This document shows positions 19,374-29,790 of a stretch of 64,000 bases of DNA, one piece after another; the stretch's first letter is position 1; each line of letters opens with the position of its first letter. The notes under the pieces were generated by a model. The model was not told the DNA's origin. It did not search any database and saw only the letters and a list, made by a program, of their open reading frames with translations. The translations under genes and the position numbers were made by a program. This DNA comes from Candidatus Poribacteria bacterium. Its GTDB lineage: Bacteria; Poribacteria; WGA-4E; PCPOR2b. The stretch spans positions 3,104,001-3,168,000 of the forward strand of contig OZ220744.1 of assembly GCA_965116925.1 (NCBI GenBank). Reading direction: 5' to 3'.

Positions 19374-20309
19374 ATGATTGAATCAATAGAAGCAGTACAA
19401 GAAACATTTGTGGAACAGCATTACATCGCCGATCGCGCGTTGGCAACAACAATCTACCTAGCGCATCACCTGAACAAACCAATTTTCCTTGAAGGTGAGC
19501 CCGGCGTTGGAAAAACAGAGGTCGCAAAGGTCTTGGCGAGCGCGACCGGTGGAAATCTAATCCGTTTGCAATGTTACGAAGGACTGGATGTAAACAGCGC
19601 GTTGTATGAGTGGAACTACACGAAGCAGATCCTCCAGCTACGCATCGACGAAGTACGAGGCATGGACAAAGAACAGATTGGGGAAGACATCTTCAGCGAA
19701 GATTTTCTGCTAAAACGTCCGCTCCTCGAAGCCATTCAGACTGATGGCGCGGCACCGCCTGTGCTGCTCATTGATGAAGTGGATCGAAGTGATAGCGAAT
19801 TTGAAGCGTTCCTCCTCGAAATCCTGTCAGATTTCCAGATTACCATTCCGGAGATTGGGACCATTCGTGCCAAACATATTCCTTATGTGGTGTTGACCTC
19901 AAATCGTACGCGAGAGATCCACGAAGCCCTGAAACGCCGGTGCCTCTACCAGTGGATCGACTATCCGTCCGTCCAGAAGGAGTTCGCAATTGTTAAAACC
20001 AAGCTGCCACATATCGACGATATGCTTGCACAGCAACTTTGTAACCTGATGCGGGTATTTAGGGAAGGGGATTACTACAAAAAGCCGGGAGTCGCAGAGA
20101 CATTAGATTGGGGATTAGCCCTCATCGCGTTGGGGAAGGACGGATTAGATCCCGCCATCGTTGATGAAACGCTCGGTTGCATTTTCAAATATCAGGATGA
20201 TATTCAGCGGGCACGAGAGGTAGGCTTGGACAAGATGGTAGATGGTGCGAGAAGTGATTCGGAAGCAAGTGCCGTCGAAAAAGCAGATTGGCGGTATATG
20301 CGTGGATAG
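19374..20309 (+). CDS. MoxR-family AAA+ ATPase (CoxD-like)
   Basis: GEPGVGKT, RLQCYEGLD, LLIDEVDR, ALKRRC, KPGVAETLDW. Confidence 0.92.
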   Translation: MIESIEAVQETFVEQHYIADRALATTIYLAHHLNKPIFLEGEPGVGKTEVAKVLASATGGNLIRLQCYEGLDVNSALYEWNYTKQILQLRIDEVRGMDKEQIGEDIFSEDFLLKRPLLEAIQTDGAAPPVLLIDEVDRSDSEFEAFLLEILSDFQITIPEIGTIRAKHIPYVVLTSNRTREIHEALKRRCLYQWIDYPSVQKEFAIVKTKLPHIDDMLAQQLCNLMRVFREGDYYKKPGVAETLDWGLALIALGKDGLDPAIVDETLGCIFKYQDDIQRAREVGLDKMVDGARSDSEASAVEKADWRYMRG

Positions 20310-20350
20310 TGTTACGCATGACAACTAATAGTATAAAAGGAGTTAAGGGC

Positions 20351-20626
20351 ATGGTCCAATTTCAACTGAACCCCGATACTGAAAAGAAACTCAATGCGCT
20401 TAAAGATGACCGTGATTTTATCATAAGTCTTGAGGAATTTATCGAAGAAGAGTATCGTTTGGCGTTTGAATTGAAACACGACACACCTGAAAGCTACGCA
20501 GATTCCCTGAAAAAAGATCTTGGAGATGAACGCTATCAAGAGTTCTGCCGCTATCTTGAGAAGAAAATAGACGAAAAAGACGAGGCGCGCCAGCGTTTTG
20601 ATCGCGAAACTAACGGCATTCAGTAA
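20351..20626 (+). CDS. Small acidic protein, probable antitoxin
   Basis: AAAGGAG RBS, 91 aa, ends 2 bp before the PIN toxin. Confidence 0.65.
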   Translation: MVQFQLNPDTEKKLNALKDDRDFIISLEEFIEEEYRLAFELKHDTPESYADSLKKDLGDERYQEFCRYLEKKIDEKDEARQRFDRETNGIQ

Positions 20627-20628
20627 GC

Positions 20629-21042
20629 ATGGTACTCTTGGATACAAACACTGTCATCTATTATATCTTTCAAAAACGTCCGAAAGTTATTCAACGCGTA
20701 AAGGCTTATGAGCGGAGTGGTAGAAAGTACATCATGCACCCAATCTGCTATTACGAGATTGTCCGTTGGGTACTTGGCCTCCAAGATTTGCGTGAACGAC
20801 GTAGAGCAATGCGTACGATCAGGAAATTTGTAGATGAGAGATGTGTCTGGGTAGAAATTGATGAAAAAGTTTCTCAAAAAGCAGCTTACATTTGGTATCA
20901 ACTTAGAAGGTTAAATGAATTAATCGAAGATGCCGATTTGTTCATTGCTGCTACCGCTCTTGTCTATGATTATACGGTTGTCACCAACAATACGGCGCAC
21001 TTCCAACGAGTCCCCGGACTCACCATTGAAAATTGGACTTAA
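20629..21042 (+). CDS. vapC: VapC-family PIN-domain toxin
   Basis: LLDTN, YEI, EDADLFIAATA, VVTNNTAHFQRVPGL..ENW. Confidence 0.9.
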   Translation: MVLLDTNTVIYYIFQKRPKVIQRVKAYERSGRKYIMHPICYYEIVRWVLGLQDLRERRRAMRTIRKFVDERCVWVEIDEKVSQKAAYIWYQLRRLNELIEDADLFIAATALVYDYTVVTNNTAHFQRVPGLTIENWT

Positions 21043-21045
21043 CCT

Positions 21046-22200
21046 ATGACTAAACAACAACCCCTTCTTCAAGAAATTACCGCTTTCTGCCGGTTGCTCA
21101 AGCAGATGGGCGTGAATGTTACCACAACAAATCAGATCAGTTTCTGCCGAAGCGTTGAATTAATCAATATTGGACAGCAACAGGATTTCTACGACGCCGC
21201 CAAGATGAACCTGATCGCCAATGAATCGGATCGCGCGTTATTTGATGTCGCTTTTGACTGGTTTTGGAGATACCCGCGTCCCGACCCACAGGAATTGGGG
21301 CTTGATACGGAAGAAGAGCAGACGATGTCCCTTGAGGATCTGCTCAATGCCGAAGACACAGTCGTAAACCTAGATCAGTGGACAGAGATGGAGGACGATA
21401 AAGAGGAGGGAGAAGAGGATACGGTTGCCTATAGTGCCGAGCATATTTTGACCCAGAAGGATTTCGGCCAGTTCACGGAAGAAGAGATGCAAAAAGCACG
21501 AGAGGTCATCGCTAAACTCGTTCCACTGTTGGCAACAAAACTGAGCCGCCGGAAAAAGACCAGTACCAAAGGGAAGACGATCGATTTTCGACAGAGTTGG
21601 CGTAAAAACATCGCCTACGGTGGCGAACCGCTGAAATTGATTCGGAAACGTCAAAAGGTCAAGAAAAACAAGATCTTACTGCTCTGCGATGTCAGTGGAT
21701 CGATGGACTACTACTCCACCTTTCTGATTCAGTTTATCTACGGGATGCAGCAAGCACTTGAGGAGGTCGAAGTTGCGGTCTTTAGTACAGAGCTCACCAA
21801 CATCACCGGGCTCCTCCGCCGCAAAGGGCTTGAAGAGGGGCTCCGCGAGGTTGCACAGGTTGTACCTGATTGGTCAGGGGGAACGAGAATTGGTGAGAGT
21901 ATTGTTGCCTTCAACCGCGAGTTTGGACGCTCTTTCTCTGCGTACAGAACTGTAGTCATTTTAATCAGTGACGGTTGGGACCGGGGCGAAGCGGATATCC
22001 TACAGAAGGGGATGGAGGTGTTGCATCGCCAAGCCTATAAATTAATCTGGTTGAACCCCCTACTCGGCAGTGAAGGCTATCAGCCAATCTGTCGTGGCAT
22101 ACGCACGGCACTGCCGTATGTTGACTATTTCTTACCAGCTCACAATCTGGACAGCCTGATCCAACTGACGAAAGTCCTGACACCGATCTGGTCAGATTAA
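21046..22200 (+). CDS. VWA domain protein (CoxE-like)
   Basis: CDVSGSM MIDAS, WSGGTRIG, ILISDGWD, IWLNPL. Confidence 0.9.
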   Translation: MTKQQPLLQEITAFCRLLKQMGVNVTTTNQISFCRSVELINIGQQQDFYDAAKMNLIANESDRALFDVAFDWFWRYPRPDPQELGLDTEEEQTMSLEDLLNAEDTVVNLDQWTEMEDDKEEGEEDTVAYSAEHILTQKDFGQFTEEEMQKAREVIAKLVPLLATKLSRRKKTSTKGKTIDFRQSWRKNIAYGGEPLKLIRKRQKVKKNKILLLCDVSGSMDYYSTFLIQFIYGMQQALEEVEVAVFSTELTNITGLLRRKGLEEGLREVAQVVPDWSGGTRIGESIVAFNREFGRSFSAYRTVVILISDGWDRGEADILQKGMEVLHRQAYKLIWLNPLLGSEGYQPICRGIRTALPYVDYFLPAHNLDSLIQLTKVLTPIWSD

Positions 22201-22326
22201 ACAGACGCACTGAAGGAGGAACGGCAGGACGGGTAATCTGGATCTAATCTCCATCGGGATTAGCCATGCTTGTTGATAAATCAGAATGGGAGGGAGGAAA
22301 ACAAACAGCTTTACGAGTTACGCATT

Positions 22327-22887
22327 ATGGATTGTGCATTACGCTTCACGTTTCACGTTTCACATAGATGGATTCTGTGTGTTCCACTTGTCCTTCTGAC
22401 CTGTGCCGCCCCACCGCTTATCATTCCAGAGTCCGGGACGCTAGCCTCCGATTTCACCCTCAAAGATCAGAATGATCAAGAAATTCGATTGAGCCAATTC
22501 CGTGGGGAAAATGTGTTGCTGTTCGGCTTTGATAGGGACAGTGTTGATAACGGGGGAACATGGCTAACTCTATTCCTTGAGCGGTATGCTGAAGAGCTGC
22601 GGATTCTCCCCATTGCCAATGGATCTGGTATGCCGCTCTCTGTACGTCTGTTTCTGAAGGGCAAGGTTAAAGCCGAAGCCCAAGACGCTGCGGAAGAATT
22701 TAATCTATCCAGTTTCCTATTGGACTGGACAGGTGAAACCTCTCGGCAGTATGGAATGGCTCCCAAGATATCGACGATTGTGCTGATCGATCGTGCGGGG
22801 CACATTCGACTGGTGCAACCACTTCCGCAGCTAACGGAGGAGGGGGTGCGAGCTATTTTTGATCAGATTGACCAGCAAATCAGGTGA
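22327..22887 (+). CDS. Thioredoxin-fold (AhpC/TSA-like) putative lipoprotein lacking redox cysteines
   Basis: Lipobox-like LLTC, DFTLKDQND..I.LSQFRG, VLIDRAGHIR; start uncertain. Confidence 0.6.
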   Translation: MDCALRFTFHVSHRWILCVPLVLLTCAAPPLIIPESGTLASDFTLKDQNDQEIRLSQFRGENVLLFGFDRDSVDNGGTWLTLFLERYAEELRILPIANGSGMPLSVRLFLKGKVKAEAQDAAEEFNLSSFLLDWTGETSRQYGMAPKISTIVLIDRAGHIRLVQPLPQLTEEGVRAIFDQIDQQIR

Positions 22888-22951
22888 AAACGGACATGTA
22901 AAGGCATTTTCATAAAACGACATTGTTCATTAACAAGAAAAGGATTAATGC

Positions 22952-24346
22952 ATGACAAACTTTAAAACGTTCCAAATACTCCTGCTCATTACTCTGTTTC
23001 TCGTTGCGGGTTCTCAAACTGCATCTACCCAAATAGCGCAGGAGGCTTTTGCTATATTTGAAAAGAGTTGTTTCAGCTGCCACGGAACCGGTGCTCCCTA
23101 TGCAGCGGTACTCTTAATTGAAGATCACAGCGTACCCATTGAAAAAGGAGTGGTTGTTCCGGGGGACCCTGATGGCTCCAGATTGTATAAGCGGCTCCTT
23201 GCCGAAGGGGGCGCACTGATGCCACTCGGAGGACCGCCTCTACCCGATGCGGAGATTGAAACGATTAAAAACTGGATTTTAGCTGGGGCACCCGATTGGG
23301 CGACGTCTCCCCCTAGTATCAGCCACACTGTTTCCAAGACACCAATTCACCCCGGCGATGGGTTTACCGTTAACATCAACGCAGAAACTGCCTTCGACTT
23401 GAGGCAGTGGCAGCTGGATATTACCTTCGACCCCACTGCCCTTGAGGTCATCAATGTGAGTGAAGGCGATTTCCTGACGATGAACAGTGGAACAACCACC
23501 TTTCAGGGTGGAACCATCGATAACGCCGCCGGTAACATCACAGGACTTAGCGCAGAGCGACAGGGCGACCAAGGGGTGAGTGGCACTGGCAGCCTACTTC
23601 ATGTAGGATTCAAGGCAATATCGAGCGGTGAGACCAAGTTGACGCTGGGGAGTCTCCAGTTCAATGCTAGTGCCGGGTGGAGCGTCCCTGTAGACCCCTA
23701 TGAAATTGCTCTTACTGTGGAAGAACAAGTTGTCGCCGGGGATGTGGATGGAAATGGGCAGGTAAATATTCTGGATCTCGTTTTCGTTGCACAGCAGTTG
23801 GGGAAAAGCGTACCCGCCGACTCACCGGCGGATGTCAATAGTGACGGTATCGTCAATATTCTTGACCTCGTCCAAGTGGCACAAAATTTCGGTAACACAG
23901 CAGCACCCCCAGTAACCATGATTGTAGCGGACAGCGTAGACCCTGCAACGATAGCAGCGTGGATTGTGCAGGCGCAATTAGAGGATGACGGTTCGCTCGG
24001 CTTCAAACAGGGGATCGCAAATCTTCAAGACCTGTTAGTTTCACTGATCCCTGAAGAGACTGCACTGCTCCGTAACTATCCGAATCCGTTTAACCCGGAG
24101 ACATGGATACCGTATCAGTTGGCAGCACCCGCAGAGGTCGCACTGACAATTTATGATATGAATGGGCAGATGGTGCGGCGTTTGGCGTTGGGGCATCAAG
24201 CAGCAGGTGTGTATCAGAGTCGAAGCCGTGCGATATATTGGAACGGACGCAATCAGATGGGTGAGTTTGTCGCCAGTGGCCTCTATTTCTACACGCTGAC
24301 AGCAGGAGATTTCACAGCGACGCGGCGGATGCTGATTCTGAAGTAG
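22952..24346 (+). CDS. Secreted multidomain protein: monoheme c-type cytochrome + cohesin + dockerin + FlgD-like/T9SS-type C-terminal domain
   Basis: Signal peptide, CFSCH...MP, cohesin-like beta sandwich, two DVxxxGxVNILDLV repeats, NYPNPFNPETWIPY...TRRMLILK. Confidence 0.85.
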   Translation: MTNFKTFQILLLITLFLVAGSQTASTQIAQEAFAIFEKSCFSCHGTGAPYAAVLLIEDHSVPIEKGVVVPGDPDGSRLYKRLLAEGGALMPLGGPPLPDAEIETIKNWILAGAPDWATSPPSISHTVSKTPIHPGDGFTVNINAETAFDLRQWQLDITFDPTALEVINVSEGDFLTMNSGTTTFQGGTIDNAAGNITGLSAERQGDQGVSGTGSLLHVGFKAISSGETKLTLGSLQFNASAGWSVPVDPYEIALTVEEQVVAGDVDGNGQVNILDLVFVAQQLGKSVPADSPADVNSDGIVNILDLVQVAQNFGNTAAPPVTMIVADSVDPATIAAWIVQAQLEDDGSLGFKQGIANLQDLLVSLIPEETALLRNYPNPFNPETWIPYQLAAPAEVALTIYDMNGQMVRRLALGHQAAGVYQSRSRAIYWNGRNQMGEFVASGLYFYTLTAGDFTATRRMLILK

Positions 24347-24533
24347 GACTAAGCACCCAGTACAGCAAGGCAGCTTATCTATCATCTCCCTTTGATAGGA
24401 TACTAATTATCAGCGACAATCAGCGAAATCTGCGTCCCTATCTGCTCGTAGGACTGAAGGGCGTAAGTCCTATTTCTTTTTACATGAACGAAAAAGAAAA
24501 CATACTACAAGAATAAATAAAGGAGCTTTCAAA

Positions 24534-25661
24534 ATGCAAGTACAGGCTGCGGTAATGCCAGAACCGGGACAAATCGAGATTCGTGAATTTGAAAAGCCAA
24601 CCCCTGCCGACGACGCGCTACTGCTTCAGGTGGACCAAGTTGGCATTTGCGGCAGCGACAAGCACATGTATCTCGGTCATTCAAACCTGAACTTCCCCGT
24701 GATTCCGGGGCATGAAGTCGTTGGCACTGTCGCCGAGATTGGCAAAAATGCGAATCAGGTGATGAATGTGATGGGCGGACCGATTAAAGCGGGCGATCCA
24801 GTAACCGTCGTCCCCGGCTCAAAGAACTGTGGGAGATGCTACTACTGTTTGCGTTTTCCACACCGTCCGACCTTATGCACAAATCGAACGATTTACGGGT
24901 TCAGCAACTGTGAAGACCCGCCTCACCTGACAGGAGAGTTTTCTGAGTATACCTACATCCACGGTAACTCTTGGGTGTTTAAGGTGTCGGAAGGAATCCC
25001 TGAAGCGTTGCGTGTCTTGACAGAACCGGTCGCTGTTGCAACCCGCGCGGTAGAGCGTGCACATGCGCCGGGCGTGCCACAAGTGGGGGCAGGATACGGT
25101 ATCGGAAATAGTGTCGCCGTGCTCGGTTGTGGCCCCATTGGGCTTCTCGTGATTGCTGTGCTTCGTAGTACCGGTGCAGGAACAATTATCGCCACCGATA
25201 TTGTGGACAGTCGTTTGGATATGGCGAAACATATGGGAGCAGATGTCGTCATCAATGTTGGTGAAACCGCCCTTGAACAACGCCTTGAGCAGGTGCAAGA
25301 TCTCACGAGCGGAGCGGGTGCGGACATCGTGATAGAATGCGCCGGGTTGCCGAGCGTCTTTGCTGAAGCCATTGACCTGGTCCGCCGCGGTGGTAAAGTG
25401 ATCGAGGTAGGACACTATACCGATTCAGGTTCCGTCAATGTCCGTCCACACCAGATTTGTAACAAAGATCTCGACATCTGTGGCGTGTGGGCGTATCCAC
25501 AGATCCAATTCCAAACCGCCCTCGATTTTTTAGAGCGAACCCAAGTTCCCCTGAATGATCTTATTACCCATCATCTTCCCCTCGCCCGCTTGGAGGAGGG
25601 CATCCAGATGCTTGGTGAGGAGGGTGTCTATAAGGTTGTTATCGAACCGCATACAAGTTAA
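24534..25661 (+). CDS. Zn-dependent alcohol/polyol dehydrogenase (MDR)
   Basis: GICGSD, GHE, CxxCxxC-x8-C, GCGPIG. Confidence 0.92.
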   Translation: MQVQAAVMPEPGQIEIREFEKPTPADDALLLQVDQVGICGSDKHMYLGHSNLNFPVIPGHEVVGTVAEIGKNANQVMNVMGGPIKAGDPVTVVPGSKNCGRCYYCLRFPHRPTLCTNRTIYGFSNCEDPPHLTGEFSEYTYIHGNSWVFKVSEGIPEALRVLTEPVAVATRAVERAHAPGVPQVGAGYGIGNSVAVLGCGPIGLLVIAVLRSTGAGTIIATDIVDSRLDMAKHMGADVVINVGETALEQRLEQVQDLTSGAGADIVIECAGLPSVFAEAIDLVRRGGKVIEVGHYTDSGSVNVRPHQICNKDLDICGVWAYPQIQFQTALDFLERTQVPLNDLITHHLPLARLEEGIQMLGEEGVYKVVIEPHTS

Positions 25662-25725
25662 GCAACGGTGCACTCGGTAAATTGCCAAGCGATTCACATG
25701 CGCTTGCCCCGAAAGGAGGCAGAAA

Positions 25726-26751
25726 TTGAGACCAAGAAACATAGAGAGGGGAAGACAACGCTCCTGCTCCTCTTTCTCTAATTTCCCTTTTCCTGTTGTT
25801 CGACAGGCTTTCTCTAAGTTGTGGATTTGTTTACTTCTGATTGTATTAAGTTTACACACAATAGCGGGGATGGCAGCGAAATCACCTTATGATACCATCG
25901 AAGGAGCGGCGGCGTATATTGTCAAACATCAGAATGAAGATGGCGGTTGGCCCCTCATACCGGGTGGAGAAAGTGATGTTGAAGTTACAGCATTTGCAAT
26001 GCAGGCACTGATGCTAAAAGGTTGGGGATCCGGTTCAAGTGTCATCCGTCGAGGGGTCAGCTATTTGGTAAAAAATCAGAAATCAGATGGAAGCTGGAAC
26101 GGAAATGCCGCTCATACCATTTTTGCTGTTATGGCACTCAAGCGAGCTGAAGTCGTAGAATATTGGCAAGCCCAGTTTAATGGGCTCAAATGGCTTGAGG
26201 AGACCCAAAGAGAAAGCGGAAGCTGGGGACGTGAAATCCGCCAACCCGGTAACCCGCTCTATACAGGGGCTGTTTTAACAGGGCTTGGGATCCTTGACTT
26301 TGACGGGGAATCTGAGCTTGTTACCAAGGCTGCCAATTGGCTTGCCAATCGCATCAATTATGATGGTGGATGGTCAATGGAACAGGGGTTACGCGCTCGG
26401 TCTAGTGTTCTGGTCACTTCATGGGTATTGCAGGGACTATCGCTTGCTTATAATATTGACGAGCAACTCGCATGGCTAAAGCAGATGCAAAACGATGATG
26501 GTGGATTTGGTAGGTGGGAAGGTGCACCGAGCGATCCGGAAGTTACCGCCTATGCGGTTCTCGCATTAGTGATTGGGGAAGATCCCTTGAACGCGGATCA
26601 GGTCGCGCTAAGGTATTTGAGGGAGGTGCAACAGGAAGATGGAAGTTTCGTTAGTGCCACCCCCATTGAACTAAAAGAGCCAACGGCGAATTTACAAACC
26701 ACCTGCTTTGTGCTGTGGGCAATATATGCAGAAAAACTCAAAGGGAAATAA
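25726..26751 (+). CDS. Prenyltransferase/squalene-oxidase repeat protein, probably exported
   Basis: Repeated QxxDG(G/S)(W/F) motifs; hydrophobic N-terminal segment; start uncertain. Confidence 0.8.
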   Translation: MRPRNIERGRQRSCSSFSNFPFPVVRQAFSKLWICLLLIVLSLHTIAGMAAKSPYDTIEGAAAYIVKHQNEDGGWPLIPGGESDVEVTAFAMQALMLKGWGSGSSVIRRGVSYLVKNQKSDGSWNGNAAHTIFAVMALKRAEVVEYWQAQFNGLKWLEETQRESGSWGREIRQPGNPLYTGAVLTGLGILDFDGESELVTKAANWLANRINYDGGWSMEQGLRARSSVLVTSWVLQGLSLAYNIDEQLAWLKQMQNDDGGFGRWEGAPSDPEVTAYAVLALVIGEDPLNADQVALRYLREVQQEDGSFVSATPIELKEPTANLQTTCFVLWAIYAEKLKGK

Positions 26752-26768
26752 CAGTGAATGAGGCTTAT

Positions 26769-26876
26769 TATAGTGAGTTCAAAAAATAAAGACACACCTT
26801 CGTTTCCCATGTTTGGTAGGCGCTGTTTGTAACCGCGCCGATTTGGAGTGTTTAAGTAATTCTAAAATCTACCATA
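26769..26876. mobile_element. MITE family A copy (right end 24/28 identical to the IS630 right end)
   Basis: Manual alignment of terminal 28 nt with 6820-6847. Confidence 0.8.
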
Positions 26877-26905
26877 TTTTTGATAAACTAGAGAGGAAAA
26901 GGTAA

Positions 26906-27679
26906 ATGCCGCAAATCAATTTTATGAATGAACTCGGTATCGCAATGGTTGTTCTTGTCATAGCGATGATGACTTCTGTACGTATCCTTAGAGAATATGA
27001 AAGGGCGGTCGTATTTCGGTTGGGACGTTTGACCGGTGCGAGGGGCCCCGGGTTGGTCCTGCTCATACCGTTCTGGATTGAGCGGATGCAGCGCGTGAGT
27101 CTTCGGACTGTCGTACAGGATGTGACACCACAGGATGTAATTACCAAGGACAACGTTTCCGTAAGTGTGAACGCCGTTTTAACCTTCCGCATCGTGGATG
27201 CTGCAAGAGCAGTCGTCGAGGTCGAAGATTTTGGGTTTGCAATCAGTCAGCTGGCGCAAACAACGCTCCGAAGCATTCTCGGAAGTGCAGAACTTGATGA
27301 CCTCTTGTCGGAACGTGAAAAACTGAATCAGGAGTTAGAGGAGATTATCCAAAGGAACAGCGAAACATGGGGCATCAGTGTCATCGCTATGGAGATTAAG
27401 CATGTAGACCTGCCCGCAGAAATGCAGCGAGCGATGGCGAAACAGGCAGAGGCAGAGCGGGAACGCCGCGCCAAGTTTACCCACGCTACGGGAGAGTTGG
27501 AATCGTCCGAAGCATTAACGGAGGCCGCAACAACCTTGAGCAGAAATCCGATCGGTATACAACTCCGTTACCTGCAAGCCCTCATTGAAGTGGCTGCCGA
27601 GAAAAACTCCACACTGGTTTTCCCGATACCGGTAGATCTATTGAGCTCATTTATAAAGCAGGGAAACAAAACGGATTGA
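26906..27679 (+). CDS. SPFH/stomatin (slipin) family protein
   Basis: [47 protein letters not shown]. Confidence 0.93.
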   Translation: MPQINFMNELGIAMVVLVIAMMTSVRILREYERAVVFRLGRLTGARGPGLVLLIPFWIERMQRVSLRTVVQDVTPQDVITKDNVSVSVNAVLTFRIVDAARAVVEVEDFGFAISQLAQTTLRSILGSAELDDLLSEREKLNQELEEIIQRNSETWGISVIAMEIKHVDLPAEMQRAMAKQAEAERERRAKFTHATGELESSEALTEAATTLSRNPIGIQLRYLQALIEVAAEKNSTLVFPIPVDLLSSFIKQGNKTD

Positions 27680-27739
27680 CGTACTCCCAAAGCTAAAGGA
27701 TTGGGATTTAGACCTAAAGGGTTTTTCGTTAAATGTTTC

Positions 27740-27874
27740 CGCTCATGTTAAGATTTAGTGTAAAGAAACCGAGTTTGACCCCCCTGACAAGGGGGGCAGC
27801 GAAGGGGAGCTTCGCAGGCGAGTTAAAAAAACTCGGTTTCTCTTCGTCCTTTGCACCTTCTTTTTATTTAAGCC
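27740..27874. mobile_element. MITE family C (IS1595-like ends) with 8-bp target duplication AATGTTTC
   Basis: CGCTCATGTTAAG...TATTTAAGCC ends; identical 8-mer on both flanks. Confidence 0.75.
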
Positions 27875-28051
27875 AATGTTTCAAATGTTGTTAGGTTCTG
27901 TTGACATTTAACGGTCCGTAGGTTGGGTTGAACGGGAACCGTGAAACCCAACAATGTCCCCCCTCCGTAGGTCGGGCATCTTGCCCGACTCATAGCCCCA
28001 GCGGGGCGACATGTATGGGGTATCGTAACGCAACTAGCAACTTACGTTAAT

Positions 28052-28189
28052 TATAGTGAATTCTAAGAATAAATAGACATTCACCGATAACTTCAACCTA
28101 CGCGAAATTTCCAAAGTCCCCCTGACAAGGGGGATTTAGGGGGTTGGCTGTGCATTGGGAATGTCTAAATAATTCTAAAACCTACTATA
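28052..28189. mobile_element. MITE family A variant with a different internal palindrome
   Basis: A-type ends, internal TCCCCCTGACAAGGGGGA hairpin. Confidence 0.7.
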
Positions 28190-28200
28190 AGACACTTCCC

Positions 28201-29553
28201 CTAATGTCCGAGCCCATTGCCCATCAGAACATGGGTGCCGACTGTGCCATCGGTAATATTAAAGATAGAGGGAAATCTATCCTTCCACCCCTCATTTGCC
28301 ACAGGACAAAATTGGCGAGCGTTGCCCTCAATTGCGGTGACTCGCGGCACCCGTGCAGCCAGCCCCGCGGAATGCAGGAACGATGCCCCCGGACAGGTCA
28401 GATCCTGTACCGCTAAGAACATATCGTATTCAATCGCCGCAGCCCCCATAAGCAACGCTTGAGACTGCCCCTTACACGCCTTGAGTGCGACACCAGAATA
28501 TCCCTGTTCCCGTGCGAGTTGAAACGTCTCAAAGTCGGTCAGGGACTCGTCGATGACGACCGGTTTAATCTCCGCTGCGCGGTGCATTTTGTTCTCAGGA
28601 TGCGCCTTGAGGTTTCGATCTGTCGGTTGCTCGATATAAGCCAACCGCTCAAAGGCGTGTCCATCACCCTCCTGAATTTTATGCAGAAACGCTAACAGGT
28701 ACTCGACATCTTGGCATGTTTCATTGAAATCCGCAGAGTAGTACCACTCACTCACACCCCGTTTTATCTGTGTTTCGGCGGTGATTTTCTCAATCGAAAG
28801 CACCCGCTGCACATCCCAGTCTAAGTCATCTCCATTCAGTTTGATTTTCAGATGCGTCAATCCATCTGTGACAATCCACTCCGGCAACGTCTCCGGGTGT
28901 CCGTCATTGAGACGGTTCGGAATATCCGCATCGGTCAGTGGGTCCAACGCACCAACCAAGTGGTAGAGCGGCATCTTTGGCTTCGGCCGTCGTAGGGTGT
29001 ACTGGTCAAGGTACTTACCAACAAATTTTTCATTAAGGTAGTGCGACAGGTCGTGGCTCATGAAATCTTCACTGAGTCCATCGTAACTGTTAATACCGTT
29101 TGCCTTGCCGAATCCATCGTGGATGGCTGCGTCAATGGGGCTTGCCGTAACCGCCGTGCAGAGCTTCGGAATTGGTGTGGCGAGCTCCATTTCCGCAGAC
29201 AGGTTGGCTGCGATTTTGAGAAATTCGGGTTCAAGTGCCTCAGAGAGATCTACCGGGTGAGCGCACAGATTGCACGCACGTGTGGCTTCAACCAGCCATT
29301 CTGAGAGACGCTTCATCGCCTCAAGACTTTGGTCATAGGGAACGTAACGCGGTGGAAACGCCCACACATTGCTAAGCGTCATTGACCCCAAACCCACCGC
29401 CTCTTTCCCATCGCGTGTCTGCACCTGAACGCGTACATTCAGCAATCCACAATTATCTATCGGAACACCCCCGAATTTGAGCGGGGTGCGATATTGGTAC
29501 TCCTCGAAATCACAACTGACATCCAGAATCCGAATGTCCGTACTTTTGGACAT
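28201..29553 (-). CDS. Enolase-superfamily (mandelate racemase/MLE-like) protein
   Basis: HLKIKL (KxK), ADFNE, YIEQP, VIDES, ALKACK. Confidence 0.85.
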   Translation of the reverse strand: MSKSTDIRILDVSCDFEEYQYRTPLKFGGVPIDNCGLLNVRVQVQTRDGKEAVGLGSMTLSNVWAFPPRYVPYDQSLEAMKRLSEWLVEATRACNLCAHPVDLSEALEPEFLKIAANLSAEMELATPIPKLCTAVTASPIDAAIHDGFGKANGINSYDGLSEDFMSHDLSHYLNEKFVGKYLDQYTLRRPKPKMPLYHLVGALDPLTDADIPNRLNDGHPETLPEWIVTDGLTHLKIKLNGDDLDWDVQRVLSIEKITAETQIKRGVSEWYYSADFNETCQDVEYLLAFLHKIQEGDGHAFERLAYIEQPTDRNLKAHPENKMHRAAEIKPVVIDESLTDFETFQLAREQGYSGVALKACKGQSQALLMGAAAIEYDMFLAVQDLTCPGASFLHSAGLAARVPRVTAIEGNARQFCPVANEGWKDRFPSIFNITDGTVGTHVLMGNGLGH

Positions 29554-29589
29554 AAACCCTTCTCCCAAATAGAATGAAAGTCACCTAAG

Positions 29590-29775
29590 TTGCTAGGTAA
29601 CCTGTAGGTCGAGATTCATATCTCGACAAGACACTAATGAACTTCTTACGCATTACGTTTCACGTTTTACCACTAATAAACCAATGAACTGTTGCTAGGT
29701 AACCTGTATCGACAAGACACTAATGAACTTCTTGCGCATTACGTTTCACGTTTTACCACTAATAAACCAATGAAC
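29590..29775. repeat. Tandem duplication; second copy has lost the REP hairpin core
   Basis: CCTGTAGGTCGAGATTCATATCTCGACAAG versus CCTGTATCGACAAG. Confidence 0.75.
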
Positions 29776-29790
29776 TAATGAACTAACATA

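Noticed and set aside
18610..22200. Aerobic CO dehydrogenase locus
   Set aside because: Only accessory mocA/coxD/coxE-like genes are here; no coxLMS catalytic subunits in the window
25726..26751. Squalene-hopene cyclase
   Set aside because: About half the expected length and lacks the DxDD catalytic motif
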